A stretch of DNA of 64,000 bases, taken from the NCBI GenBank assembly GCA_029262815.1, contig JAJCYS010000029.1:9837-73836 (forward strand), written 5' to 3'. The notes under the pieces were generated by a model. The model did not search any database. It was not told the origin of the DNA and worked only from the letters and a program-made list of their open reading frames with translations. The translations under genes and the position numbers were made by a program. This document shows positions 38,842 to 48,307 of this stretch, piece by piece (positions within the stretch are counted from its first letter, which is position 1; every line of letters starts with the position of its first letter). The stretch is from Deltaproteobacteria bacterium (GTDB taxonomy: Bacteria > Bdellovibrionota > JAJCYS01).

Positions 38842-39588
38842 TTAAGATGGAGAACTATATTTCACGATTGGTGCAAGGAAATGATCAAACTGCCAATTTT
38901 TTCGATGTCGCTTGGGCGGGGTGATAGGTAGGGTTTCAAGGGCCAAATAATCAAAACCTAGATTTTTGAGAAATCCTCTAAATTGCGTGCCCAATGTATC
39001 TGGTGCATCCACAAAAAAGGTAAGTGTACCCGTAGATTTTAGAAGCTTAAGTTTGGCTACCGTTTCGATAAACAAAATGCCATCTCGATGGAGTTCTGTT
39101 AGATCTAGAGGATAGCCATCATAAACGATGCCACTGAAATGTTCTTGGGGTAGGGTGTGAAGAGCTTCTTCCCAACTCCCTTCAAGGACAGTAGCATGTG
39201 GAATCGCTTGGGCCTCTTTTGCGAGATGTGTATTGATTTCAATGATGATGTGATCTTGAATATTCCGGCTGGCGCGATAGCTTTCAATGACTGTATCTAA
39301 AATGCCTAGGCCGTATCCAATATTTAAAATATGGCCACCGTTTCGGGTAACAATATCCCCCAAACGTTTCATGTAAGGTGCCGCGTAGCTGGACATTGCC
39401 TCGTGACCCAGAATATGCATGATACGTTCGCCATCTTCAGTGGTTTCGAGAGAGGGTAATGCTTGGCGCCAGGCATCTCGTAGATCTTCAGTGTAAAGAA
39501 TTTTCCGAGAATCTAAAGATGTCGAAAGGGACGCAACATCATCCGTCATGTATAAAGGTGAGTCTTCCATTGGGCCTATATATAGCAT
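38842..39588 (-). CDS. Putative SAM-dependent methyltransferase-like protein (GAMT/RMT2-like motif I).
   Basis: GGHILNIGYGLGILD resembles the GAMT motif VLEVGFGMAIAA. Otherwise unassigned. Confidence 0.4.
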   Translation of the reverse strand: MLYIGPMEDSPLYMTDDVASLSTSLDSRKILYTEDLRDAWRQALPSLETTEDGERIMHILGHEAMSSYAAPYMKRLGDIVTRNGGHILNIGYGLGILDTVIESYRASRNIQDHIIIEINTHLAKEAQAIPHATVLEGSWEEALHTLPQEHFSGIVYDGYPLDLTELHRDGILFIETVAKLKLLKSTGTLTFFVDAPDTLGTQFRGFLKNLGFDYLALETLPITPPKRHRKNWQFDHFLAPIVKYSSPS

Positions 39589-39660
39589 GAAATGATCTAA
39601 ATTGAAAGTTGACGAATAGCCCCGTAGGTCCGTTGAAAACGAACCTACGGGTGTGTGTTG

Positions 39661-42192
39661 TTAAGGGATTAAAAAAGGCTCATGTGCGTCTATAGACTTC
39701 AGAAATTCCACAACAGCTGAAACCTCACTCAAATCCATTTTAAAAAGTGGGTGCTCTAGGCCACCGTCGGTCTTGAGTTTAAACACATCTTCAAGCATCT
39801 GAGCTCGACCGTGATGGCCGTAGGGGCCTGTGGTAGCCGCCCCTAATAAGCTCGGGCTATTGAAAGACCCACCCGCACCTACGGAAGCTGTTCCAATGGC
39901 ACCACCCGCACCTCGAATTTCGATGGGGTTGGTGAGATCTAACGTTGCAGTTCCCACATTGGTGTGAATGATCGTATCTCCATTAAATGAAACTAGTGGT
40001 CCATTGGTGGCTGCAACGAGAAAGACAACGCCTGTGATACTTGCCGCTGGAGTAGATGAACCTCCAAAGAATAAGGGCAGGGGATAGTCAATCCTTGAAT
40101 CTGTCCATTGTTCACCGCCATGACAGGCGACACAGGCCTCTGCCGAATTATCGTTCGCTCCGTTGATATCCGTTGTTCGGGTAAATGTTTTACGTCCCAT
40201 GGCAACCAGGTGGGGTTTTAACCCCGAGGGCCGATTGTAGGTTCGAACCCCTTTTTGAACCCACAGGGTCATTTTGTTTAATGCTTCAGAGACGCCTTTA
40301 ATATTTGAGTCGCTCGTTGGATTTCGTCCCAGAAAATTATTGATAACCGTTTGTTCATTCGCACCATGGTTGCCGACTAACCCCGTATCCGATGGACCAG
40401 CGTTGGGATCATTGGCTGGATCCTGTGCAAAAACTTGAGCATCGGCTGTGAATCCAAAGCCCCCTTGCACGTTGCGTGCATTGTTATTGAAATCGGTCAC
40501 ACTACTTCGAACTGCATTCCAGTTAAACACGCGTTGGTCAATTGCACCGCCATACGAAGAAAAAGAGCCGTCCAAAGGTATGGTCTGTCTGGGGCCAGTG
40601 GGAAACAACCATGTGACGCCATCAGCCAAGCCATTGGGATGGCAAGACGCACAAGAGCTCCAGTTGTTATCTGAGGCCATGTTTCGAAAGTTTGCGGTTA
40701 CGATATTTCGTACATCTGCGTTGTCGGCAACTTCTGCTGGGATCCCAAATCCAGTGAAGAACGCAAGTTCTCCAATGAGAATCATGTGTGCTTCGGTGCC
40801 AGGCGCAGGTAGGTCTGCGGTTGCAAAGTTCGAACCAATAACCGAATTAGTTTCTAAATTTATACACGTGACATTTTGGGAGACTTTGTTGTTCACATAA
40901 GCACGTGTACCGCCTGAGTTTAAAACGACCCCGTTTGGAATACTCCCAACTGTGAATTTCGTAATAATAGTGTTGGTGACTTCAAAATCAAGTTCACCAT
41001 CTGTGATGGCACCTTTGGCAACGAAACTACCGGATCGAGATACAGCAATTGCGACATCATTCCGGACTGCAATTGCCACAAAATCACCAAAGAAGGCTTT
41101 CTCTAATCCACCTAGCACAGTGCGATTGGGTTCTGTTTTGACGGACTCATTTAGGTTTGCGCGTGAAACCACTTCGCCATTGAATAAGGTAGCCAGTAGT
41201 GCCTGAATATTCACATTAAACTTGACGGGCGGTGAAGGTCCCGCGCCGATTGAGGGCACGTAGAGCCGCCCATTGTAATATCCCAGATGTCCCAATTGGT
41301 TGAAGTAAGCCCCTTGTGGTACAGCGGCAGGGTCTGTGCCACTCGGTGCTTCAAAAACTGTGCTCCCAAAGGCTGAGCGGTCTCCATTAAATCCCACATT
41401 ATCGATGGGAGCTAGGCGCACGATACTCGAAATAGCAGTTGTCTCTAAGGACACAATACCAACACGACCTTCTTTGCCGTTATCAAACCCTTCAATCGCA
41501 TCAACACCTAATCCGGGTCGAGGACGCGCGAAAAAGTCCGTCACATATAGGGATTCATCAAAATCTTCGTCATTGCCATTATTGGTGAGGGCGAGGCTGT
41601 ATGGATTGTAAATGCGCGTGGGGCCATGGGTTGGATCTTGAAAGATGAGCTCACAAGTTTTAATTAAAATATTGTTCACCGTGTCGATGATCGATACCGT
41701 GCCGTCCGAAAAATTAGCGACAAACAGCAGATTGCCAGATGGGGAAAGGGCGGTACCCCGAGGTTCAGATCCCACCATGATGGTTGTCAGGACTGTATTG
41801 TTTGATAGATCAATCACGGAAACAGTGTTGTCGGCTCCATTACTGACGTAGGCTCGGGTTCCTGCAGCGTTAACTGAAACACTGTAAGGGTCTCGTCCAA
41901 CTTCTATCTCAGCTAGTTTTGTTTTGCTGTCAGACTCACCGTTTAGAACCTGTACGACCGTTAAGGATCCTTTATGAACATAAGGGGTTGCGGTTTTAGC
42001 TGCTTCAGTGGAGGAAATCTTGTTGATCACGTAGATTCGTGTGTTGTCATTTGAAATTTGTATAGTGCTGCTTAAAGAAGCCAAGATGGCCGCGACAACG
42101 GCCTCATCATCTTTATTGTTACAGGCATAAAAAGTCGTGGCAACACCCATCACAAACGTCAAAAACAAACTAACAACGAGATTCCTTCTCAT
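39661..42192 (-). CDS. Paralogous lipoprotein with the same YVTN beta-propeller plus di-haem CCP-like architecture.
   Basis: YVSNGADNTVSVIDL, then CASCHPNGLADGVTWLFPTGPRQT, then CVACHGGEQW, then NSPSLLGAATTGPYGHHGRA. Same architecture and many shared residues with the 35132..37705 gene. Lipobox YAC. Confidence 0.75.
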   Translation of the reverse strand: MRRNLVVSLFLTFVMGVATTFYACNNKDDEAVVAAILASLSSTIQISNDNTRIYVINKISSTEAAKTATPYVHKGSLTVVQVLNGESDSKTKLAEIEVGRDPYSVSVNAAGTRAYVSNGADNTVSVIDLSNNTVLTTIMVGSEPRGTALSPSGNLLFVANFSDGTVSIIDTVNNILIKTCELIFQDPTHGPTRIYNPYSLALTNNGNDEDFDESLYVTDFFARPRPGLGVDAIEGFDNGKEGRVGIVSLETTAISSIVRLAPIDNVGFNGDRSAFGSTVFEAPSGTDPAAVPQGAYFNQLGHLGYYNGRLYVPSIGAGPSPPVKFNVNIQALLATLFNGEVVSRANLNESVKTEPNRTVLGGLEKAFFGDFVAIAVRNDVAIAVSRSGSFVAKGAITDGELDFEVTNTIITKFTVGSIPNGVVLNSGGTRAYVNNKVSQNVTCINLETNSVIGSNFATADLPAPGTEAHMILIGELAFFTGFGIPAEVADNADVRNIVTANFRNMASDNNWSSCASCHPNGLADGVTWLFPTGPRQTIPLDGSFSSYGGAIDQRVFNWNAVRSSVTDFNNNARNVQGGFGFTADAQVFAQDPANDPNAGPSDTGLVGNHGANEQTVINNFLGRNPTSDSNIKGVSEALNKMTLWVQKGVRTYNRPSGLKPHLVAMGRKTFTRTTDINGANDNSAEACVACHGGEQWTDSRIDYPLPLFFGGSSTPAASITGVVFLVAATNGPLVSFNGDTIIHTNVGTATLDLTNPIEIRGAGGAIGTASVGAGGSFNSPSLLGAATTGPYGHHGRAQMLEDVFKLKTDGGLEHPLFKMDLSEVSAVVEFLKSIDAHEPFLIP

Positions 42193-42269
42193 ATCTTCCC
42201 CCCGGTTCTAGATCATTAAATCGAACAGGGGTTCAATTTACAATCTTGACTTTTTGAATTTGAAGTTAT

Positions 42270-42455
42270 TTAGGGCGTGTCCTCATTAGGGATTCGTTAT
42301 GAGGAAATGGAGATTTTGATTCGAAACGAGGAGGTTGAGTGAAAAAACCGCAGGTGTAGTAGCGCTACATCGAGGATTCTTTCATGAAAATCGACGAAGT
42401 TGTAGGCCAAAAGATCTATTCCACAGTAGAATCTCTAATGAGGACACGCCCTAGC
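42270..42455 (+). mobile_element. MITE-like element, family B, copy 1 (~185 bp with ~25-bp terminal inverted repeats).
   Basis: The termini tagggcgtgtcctcattagggattcg and gaatctctaatgaggacacgccctag are inverted repeats. The whole element recurs reverse-complemented at 62675..62850. Confidence 0.75.
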
Positions 42456-42987
42456 TGAATTTGGGTTTGAAAGACAAAGTCATCCCGATGAGTACAGCAT
42501 TATTAAAGACTTGTGCCCCAAGCCCCAAACGAAATCCATTTTCAATATGGTAGTACAAGCAGAGTTCAGTCGATGCGAGGTTGAACCCTTGGCTAAAGAC
42601 ATACGTGAGGCCAGTCTGGGCGGTTAGGATTAAATAACGGAGTAAAAACCAATCAAATCCGATAAGGGTGTGTATTGAGAAAAGATACTGACTAGCGTTA
42701 CCAAAGATACTCGCCCCCGATGCGACGAATCCCTGAAACATACGGCCCGTTGTATGGAATTTTAACGAAAGGGGGACGGTACCTCCATAGAGATCAACTG
42801 CTTCGAAATTAGTAGCTATGAAAAGCTCTGGCTTTGCTGAAAAAGATAACCATTTTTGAATGGGCACGACAATTTCAATTTCGGGATTGACCATGCCAAG
42901 GACACTAAAAGAGGGCTCTTCAGCAGTGGCCAGCTGAGCTGTTGTGAACCCTAAAAGTAAGATGGATAAAAAGAAAAAATTTTTCAT
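42451..42987 (-). CDS. Small outer-membrane beta-barrel-like protein.
   Basis: Signal peptide MKNFFFLSILLLGFTTAQLATA. Small (178 aa) with beta-strand-like alternation. Its stop codon TAG is the terminal trinucleotide of the family B element. Confidence 0.5.
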   Translation of the reverse strand: MKNFFFLSILLLGFTTAQLATAEEPSFSVLGMVNPEIEIVVPIQKWLSFSAKPELFIATNFEAVDLYGGTVPLSLKFHTTGRMFQGFVASGASIFGNASQYLFSIHTLIGFDWFLLRYLILTAQTGLTYVFSQGFNLASTELCLYYHIENGFRLGLGAQVFNNAVLIGMTLSFKPKFS

Positions 42988-43117
42988 TGATGTGCTCCCT
43001 CAAATTGTTGTAGTTCAAGATGTCAAAAAACACAAGCACTGTTCCCGAAAGTAAAAAAGCCATTGATGACAATTGTCACCAATGGCTTTTTTTGAATGAC
43101 TAGATCTGGTTGAGAAC

Positions 43118-43684
43118 TTAAATCTGTGGTGCCCAGGTAAATGCAACCATAGCCAAAGTTCCTCTAGGTCCAATTTGCGCATCAACACCGACTCTTAATT
43201 CCTCTGTGAGTTTATAATATACATCCAGAGATAATCCAGGAAAGAGTACCGCAACAGAGTCCAAAATCCCGACATACCAAAGCCCTGTCTCAGCTTTAAG
43301 ACCAAAGTGACTGTTGATATCCCAAGAAACACCAATGAGGGTTTGACCCACAAAGCTAAATGCGTTGTTTTTGTATATAGGTGTGCCGCCCACTTTAATG
43401 TAAGGGGTAATTTTTTCTAAGCTCCAAAACGCCTTGAGTGCAATAGGTAGGTTAACAACGGGTCCAACACGACTAAAGTCAGTGACCAAACCCAGGCTTG
43501 GCTCTACGGTGACGCCTAACCAACTATTAAATTTTACGTCAATTTCAATTTCTGCTTTACCACCACTAATAAACGCATAATCTGCAGCAAGGCTGTCTTT
43601 GCTTGTCAATGAAACTGTGCCTAACACAGCCACTAGACCCAATAAACCAATTCCTTTAATTATTTTTTTCATACATTCCTCCAC
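43118..43684 (-). CDS. Small outer-membrane beta-barrel-like protein, paralogue of the upstream gene.
   Basis: Signal peptide. Similar size and pattern (GLGAQVFN versus GVDAQIGP regions). Confidence 0.5.
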   Translation of the reverse strand: MEECMKKIIKGIGLLGLVAVLGTVSLTSKDSLAADYAFISGGKAEIEIDVKFNSWLGVTVEPSLGLVTDFSRVGPVVNLPIALKAFWSLEKITPYIKVGGTPIYKNNAFSFVGQTLIGVSWDINSHFGLKAETGLWYVGILDSVAVLFPGLSLDVYYKLTEELRVGVDAQIGPRGTLAMVAFTWAPQI

Positions 43685-43815
43685 TAAAAATGTTTATAAT
43701 TAAACAAAATGTATCAATAATTAGGGGGAAAAGCAAGGGATAATTGCAATTAAAATGATCTTAATTTATCCAAAAGCTATGGTATTCAATAAGTTACGAA
43801 AATGGGAGGGTAAAA

Positions 43816-44457
43816 ATGGACGCATCTTCAGAGCGAATACGGGTGAGGCGAGCCCCAAAACGGGGACAGTATGACGCTGATACCATCAATCAAATCTTAG
43901 ATGAAGCACTCATATGTCATGTGGGGTTCAATGATCACGGGGGACCTTTTGTGATACCCACCATTCATGCACGAATCGGCGCTAACCTGTATATACATGG
44001 CTCAAAGGCAAGCCGGTTGATTCGATGTGCCATCGAGAATGAGCGAACCTGCATTACCGTCACCTTAATCGATGGGTTGGTACTGGCCCGCTCGACTTTT
44101 CACCACTCCATGAATTACCGGTCTGTGGTCATCCTAAGCCGAGGCACACTCATTGAAGATGAAACTGAAAAATTGAACGCTCTTAAAGCCATCTCAGACC
44201 ACATGGTTCCGAATCGATGGGATCACGTCAGAAAACCCAATGCCAACGAGTTGAAGGCCACAGCCGTAGTTCAATTTGACTTAAATGAGGCTTCAGCAAA
44301 GATTCGAACCGGTCCTCCGGCTGACGATTTTGATGACTATGCGTTGCCTGTGTGGGCAGGGGTAGTTCCCATGCAGCAGCGCTTTGGTCAACCCTCACCG
44401 GATCCAAAATTGGCTGAAAGCGTCGCATTACCCGAGCACGTTAAGGCATTATTATAG
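43816..44457 (+). CDS. Pyridoxamine 5'-phosphate oxidase-like FMN-binding family protein.
   Basis: ALICHVGFNDHGGPFVIPTIHARIGANLYIHGSKASR is characteristic of the PNPOx-like split-barrel family. Confidence 0.65.
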   Translation: MDASSERIRVRRAPKRGQYDADTINQILDEALICHVGFNDHGGPFVIPTIHARIGANLYIHGSKASRLIRCAIENERTCITVTLIDGLVLARSTFHHSMNYRSVVILSRGTLIEDETEKLNALKAISDHMVPNRWDHVRKPNANELKATAVVQFDLNEASAKIRTGPPADDFDDYALPVWAGVVPMQQRFGQPSPDPKLAESVALPEHVKALL

Positions 44458-44533
44458 ATGCCAAGTGTGATCTCCGCTTTAGCATCACGATACTAAAGAC
44501 GATACAGCTTTTATAATAAGTGGAGGGGCCGAG

Positions 44534-45748
44534 ATGCGTATTTTATTAACAAACACAGGACCATGGGGAACGGGCAGCTCTGCTGTCATCGAAGGTGTTA
44601 AATCTGAACTGCTTCGGTTGGGCCATCAGGTCAAGGTGATCTTGCCTGATCGCCAAGAGAACATCGCAGGCATGAACTTGAACCCTGATCACTATCATGT
44701 CATGACGTTTCCAACCAGCTATCAAGGTGAAGCATTCTATACCTTTCCGCTCATGATCTCTGACCCAAATCCTCGTAACCTCAGGGGTGCTTGGACCTTT
44801 AAAGAAATGCCTCAGGCTGCTTTTGAAGCCTATCAGGGTTACTTAAAATCTGAGTTAGCTTCTGTTATCCAAGAATTCAAACCTGATCTGGTCGAAACAC
44901 ATCATGTTTGGCTAACAGGCTACGTGTTGAGTCAACTCAATATCCCATACGTCTGTTGTGCCCATAACTCAGATCAACTGGGATTTGAATTTGATGAGCG
45001 AATGCAGCCGTACGCCAAAACGTGTGCCCAACAAGCGCAAAAAATATTTGCACTCTCTGAGTCAAACAAAGCGCAAATCGTATCTCTCTATGATGTCGCG
45101 CCTGAAAAAACGCCTATTTTAGTAAATGGATACGACAGCGAGACGTTCAAACCCATGCATATTAATAAAGCGGAACTTTTTGATGCCTACGATATTCAAT
45201 ACCCGTTAGATTTACCCGTTGTTGTGTTTGGTGGAAAATTATCAAAAATTAAAGGCATTGACGTCTTGCTTGAAGCGAATGCTCAGCTTCAAAAAACGAC
45301 GCCATGCGTTATGATTGTATTTGGTACTGGGGAATTGAACGACGCACTAGAGCGGTGTCCCACAGATGAAGAGACCAATCGAGTTGTGTTCATGGGACAT
45401 CAACCGGGTTCGGTGCTTGCACAGTTTTACAACTGTGCCGAAGTCAGTGTGTTACCCTCTCGAAACGAAGGATTTCCATTGTCTGTATTAGAAGCGATGG
45501 GATGTGGGGTACCGATTGTTGCCAGCAGGATTTGTAAATTGGAAGATCATATTATCGGAGAAACCGTACCACCCGAAGATCCCGGTGCGCTCTCAGACGC
45601 CTTGATCCGTCTCCTTGGTCAATCCCATGCGGCACATGTGGCTATGAAGCAACAAGTGTTGAATCACATTAAACATTATACGTGGGCTGAGAATGTAAAA
45701 ATTCGAGTGAAATTGTACGAGCAAGTCTTGCGAGAAACAAACTCTTAA
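44534..45748 (+). CDS. GT4-family glycosyltransferase.
   Basis: C-terminal EGFPLSVLEAMGCGVPIVAS is the GT4 (EX7E) signature. Confidence 0.8.
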   Translation: MRILLTNTGPWGTGSSAVIEGVKSELLRLGHQVKVILPDRQENIAGMNLNPDHYHVMTFPTSYQGEAFYTFPLMISDPNPRNLRGAWTFKEMPQAAFEAYQGYLKSELASVIQEFKPDLVETHHVWLTGYVLSQLNIPYVCCAHNSDQLGFEFDERMQPYAKTCAQQAQKIFALSESNKAQIVSLYDVAPEKTPILVNGYDSETFKPMHINKAELFDAYDIQYPLDLPVVVFGGKLSKIKGIDVLLEANAQLQKTTPCVMIVFGTGELNDALERCPTDEETNRVVFMGHQPGSVLAQFYNCAEVSVLPSRNEGFPLSVLEAMGCGVPIVASRICKLEDHIIGETVPPEDPGALSDALIRLLGQSHAAHVAMKQQVLNHIKHYTWAENVKIRVKLYEQVLRETNS

Positions 45749-45778
45749 GCGACCTCTTTTTCAGGACTCTTTTTTTTA

Positions 45779-45955
45779 GAACCGGACTCGTAAATAACTT
45801 CGTAAAGAGATCAAGCGAAATCTGTAGCCTCAAGGCCGCAGGTGAAAAATGCTCGGAGGTGGCCACATTGGCCATCGAGAACATTTTTTACCGAGAACGA
45901 CGAGGCTGGGCAGATTGCAGCTGATCGGAATAGAGGTTATTTATGAGTCCGGTTT
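45779..45955 (+). mobile_element. MITE-like element, family A, copy 1 (~177 bp with 19-20-bp terminal inverted repeats).
   Basis: gaaccggactcgtaaataac pairs with gttatttatgagtccggttt. It is about 94% identical to 63619..63800. It carries the internal palindrome ggccacattggcc. Confidence 0.8.
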
Positions 45956-46933
45956 AAGTTCTTTGAGCTTCATTTCCCAACGATACGCGTGGCTAACGAT
46001 CTCACTTAAGTTGTCGAACTGGGGCTTCCAACCGAGAACGGCTTTAATTTTGTCGCATACTGCAATCAACTGCTCTGCGTCACCAGCACGTCGGCCAGCT
46101 TCTTTGACCGTAAAGGCTACACCCGAAGCACGCTGTACTTCCTCAATAACTTCTTTGACACTATATCCATGACCGTACCCAACATTAAGCAGCGTGGATT
46201 CACCGCCATTTTCCAGATACGTGAGTGCATCAAGATGTGCCCGAGATAAATCTTCAATATGGATATAGTCTCGAATTGCTGTTCGATCAGGCGTATTGTA
46301 ATCCGTTCCATAAATTTCCATGTGAGACCGCTGTCCCGTAGCAGTTTCGCATGCAACTTTGATGAGATGGGTGGCATTTCGGGTGCGTTGGCCCATGCGA
46401 CACTCTGGATCAGCCCCTGCTACATTAAAATATCTCAGGGCAACATATTTTAGGGGATGTGCTTTTACGATATCTTCTAACATCATTTCAGTTAGCAATT
46501 TCGATTGTCCGTAAGGGTTCAAGGGGGCAGGTGAAGACAACTCATCAGCTTGACCACTTACGGGTGATCCATAAATTGCTGCTGTACTTGAAAAAATAAA
46601 TCGATGAACATTGTTTGCAAGGCACGTCTCAACCAATCCCAACGTATTACAGGTATTGTTTCTAAAATATTTTATGGGGTGGGTGACAGATTCACTAACG
46701 GTTTGAAAGGCAGCGAAATGAAGTACAGCATCAAACTGCTCCGCTTGAAATAATGCATCAAGTTTTTCTAGATCTGCTAAATCAATTGAAACCAATTTCT
46801 CGTCATAAATAAGGGCGTCTCCGTAGCCGGCCTTCAGGTTATCGAGTACGACAACCGTATGTCCTGCTTCGGACAACTGTCGTGTGACATGACTGCCAAT
46901 GTAGCCTGCGCCGCCTGTAACCAATAATTTCAT
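45941..46933 (-). CDS. galE: UDP-glucose 4-epimerase.
   Basis: MKLLVTGGAGYIGSHVTRQL, then YGQSKLLTEMML (YxxxK). The ORF-track N-terminal extension to 47056 is rejected. The last 4 codons and the stop lie inside the family A TIR. Confidence 0.85.
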   Translation of the reverse strand: MKLLVTGGAGYIGSHVTRQLSEAGHTVVVLDNLKAGYGDALIYDEKLVSIDLADLEKLDALFQAEQFDAVLHFAAFQTVSESVTHPIKYFRNNTCNTLGLVETCLANNVHRFIFSSTAAIYGSPVSGQADELSSPAPLNPYGQSKLLTEMMLEDIVKAHPLKYVALRYFNVAGADPECRMGQRTRNATHLIKVACETATGQRSHMEIYGTDYNTPDRTAIRDYIHIEDLSRAHLDALTYLENGGESTLLNVGYGHGYSVKEVIEEVQRASGVAFTVKEAGRRAGDAEQLIAVCDKIKAVLGWKPQFDNLSEIVSHAYRWEMKLKELKPDS

Positions 46934-47019
46934 ATGATCTTCCCTATAATTCCATCTGTGGTCATAAGTATATGCGTTTATACCTGTTTCGTCACTTTGG
47001 GCCAGATCTTTAGGGTCGT

Positions 47020-48297
47020 ATGATTGACATGCTACTTCTGTGTATGCTACAAACAAGCCCCATGGGACAATTTAAATGTTATTTATTTTATATCTCGGTG
47101 TTAACCTTAGGTACCGCTGAATATGCTCAAAGCTGCTCTGTCGAGGATCTTAAACAAAAATTAATCCAAGCAAGTGGGGAACAAACGTTAAAAAAACGGA
47201 TTGTGACTGCAGATCAAACAAATATTGAACAGTGGGGACTCAGGGTTGCTGCTTATGAAGAAACTCTAAGAATGTCTGGTTTTAGATATGATATGCAGTT
47301 AGAAATGCTGATGACACAAGATCCATTTACGCGTGCATTCTTTCATGAATCACAAGACGCATTCTCAAGTAAAACTTTTTATGCAATTCAGGACGAAATT
47401 AAGATGTTAAAAAAACGATGGGCGGCATATGACCAAGTCATGCAAAATAGATTTTCATCTCAAGTTGTAAAAGATTTTTTCAGAAATGGCAACGGTTTTT
47501 CACGCGAACTCATGAATCGTATTGCACAAAATGCTCATCTCGATGTCACACTGGATCGATTACTTATGATGCGTGACCAAGTCGAGGCAGTGCATGGTGA
47601 AACCCAAGCAAAATATGATGTTCCTGAACCTCGCAGTAAACAAGAACATACGAATTTGCGGATGGGGGATAAGATTGCAATCAAGGGGACGCCAACCTTT
47701 GAGGGGATGACAACCTTTTATCTAGATATTGTGATGGTTATGGATGTTATTCGTGCACATATGATCAACAATCAAAAATCGATGGATCAACCGTTTGATG
47801 GCCCTCTATTCGATGGCCAAGGGTTTGAAGGATCCACCCTTGTTGGATTAGGATCTGGATACCCCAGAATGGGTGTTTTCTTAGGGCTTAGTTATCCTAA
47901 TCTCGAATACAATGGATATGAGATCGCACCTGAACGTGTTCAAGTCAGTCAGCAAGTTGTGCGTAATTTAGAACTAACGAACGTACACTATGAAGAGCGG
48001 AATTTAAATCGAACAGGATCTTTGCCTGAAGATGGTAATATTTATTTTATCTATGATTCGTTTGGAATTAATACACGAGATTTTGTAATTGATGAATTAC
48101 AAAAACTTGGACAGAAAAAATCGTTTTATCTGGTTGTTGTCGACGGCTACACTTACGATCTAAGAATTCGGTTGCCGAAGGAAAAATGGCTTAATCGTAT
48201 CTACTTAGGATACAGTCGGGGACCCTATGGAAATCCCATACAGTATGGTCCTGATACTGCTGAACAGGTTTCTATTTTTTACGTACATAAAAAATGA
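47020..48297 (+). CDS. Hypothetical protein with a methyltransferase-like C-terminal motif. Start uncertain.
   Basis: Long ORF. TLVGLGSGYPRMGVFLGLSYPNLEYNGYEIAPE resembles MTase motif I followed by an acidic strand end. Confidence 0.45.
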   Translation: MIDMLLLCMLQTSPMGQFKCYLFYISVLTLGTAEYAQSCSVEDLKQKLIQASGEQTLKKRIVTADQTNIEQWGLRVAAYEETLRMSGFRYDMQLEMLMTQDPFTRAFFHESQDAFSSKTFYAIQDEIKMLKKRWAAYDQVMQNRFSSQVVKDFFRNGNGFSRELMNRIAQNAHLDVTLDRLLMMRDQVEAVHGETQAKYDVPEPRSKQEHTNLRMGDKIAIKGTPTFEGMTTFYLDIVMVMDVIRAHMINNQKSMDQPFDGPLFDGQGFEGSTLVGLGSGYPRMGVFLGLSYPNLEYNGYEIAPERVQVSQQVVRNLELTNVHYEERNLNRTGSLPEDGNIYFIYDSFGINTRDFVIDELQKLGQKKSFYLVVVDGYTYDLRIRLPKEKWLNRIYLGYSRGPYGNPIQYGPDTAEQVSIFYVHKK

Positions 48298-48307
48298 TAT
48301 CACTTAT

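Noticed and set aside
45669-46172. ORF-track ORFs 45669..45884 (-) and 45849..46172 (+), and their counterparts 63512..63715 (-) and 63645..63854 (+).
   Set aside because: They lie inside the family A repeat copies and are near-identical between copies only because the DNA repeat is. They have no Shine-Dalgarno and a low-complexity translation (e.g. ...HFLPRTTRLGRLQLIGIEVIYE). They are artefacts of the repeat, not genes.
46934-47056. N-terminal 41-aa extension of the galE ORF (ORF-track start at 47056).
   Set aside because: GalE family proteins begin at MKLLVTGGAGYIGS. That Met at 46933 has a plausible Shine-Dalgarno, and the extension overlaps the divergent downstream gene.
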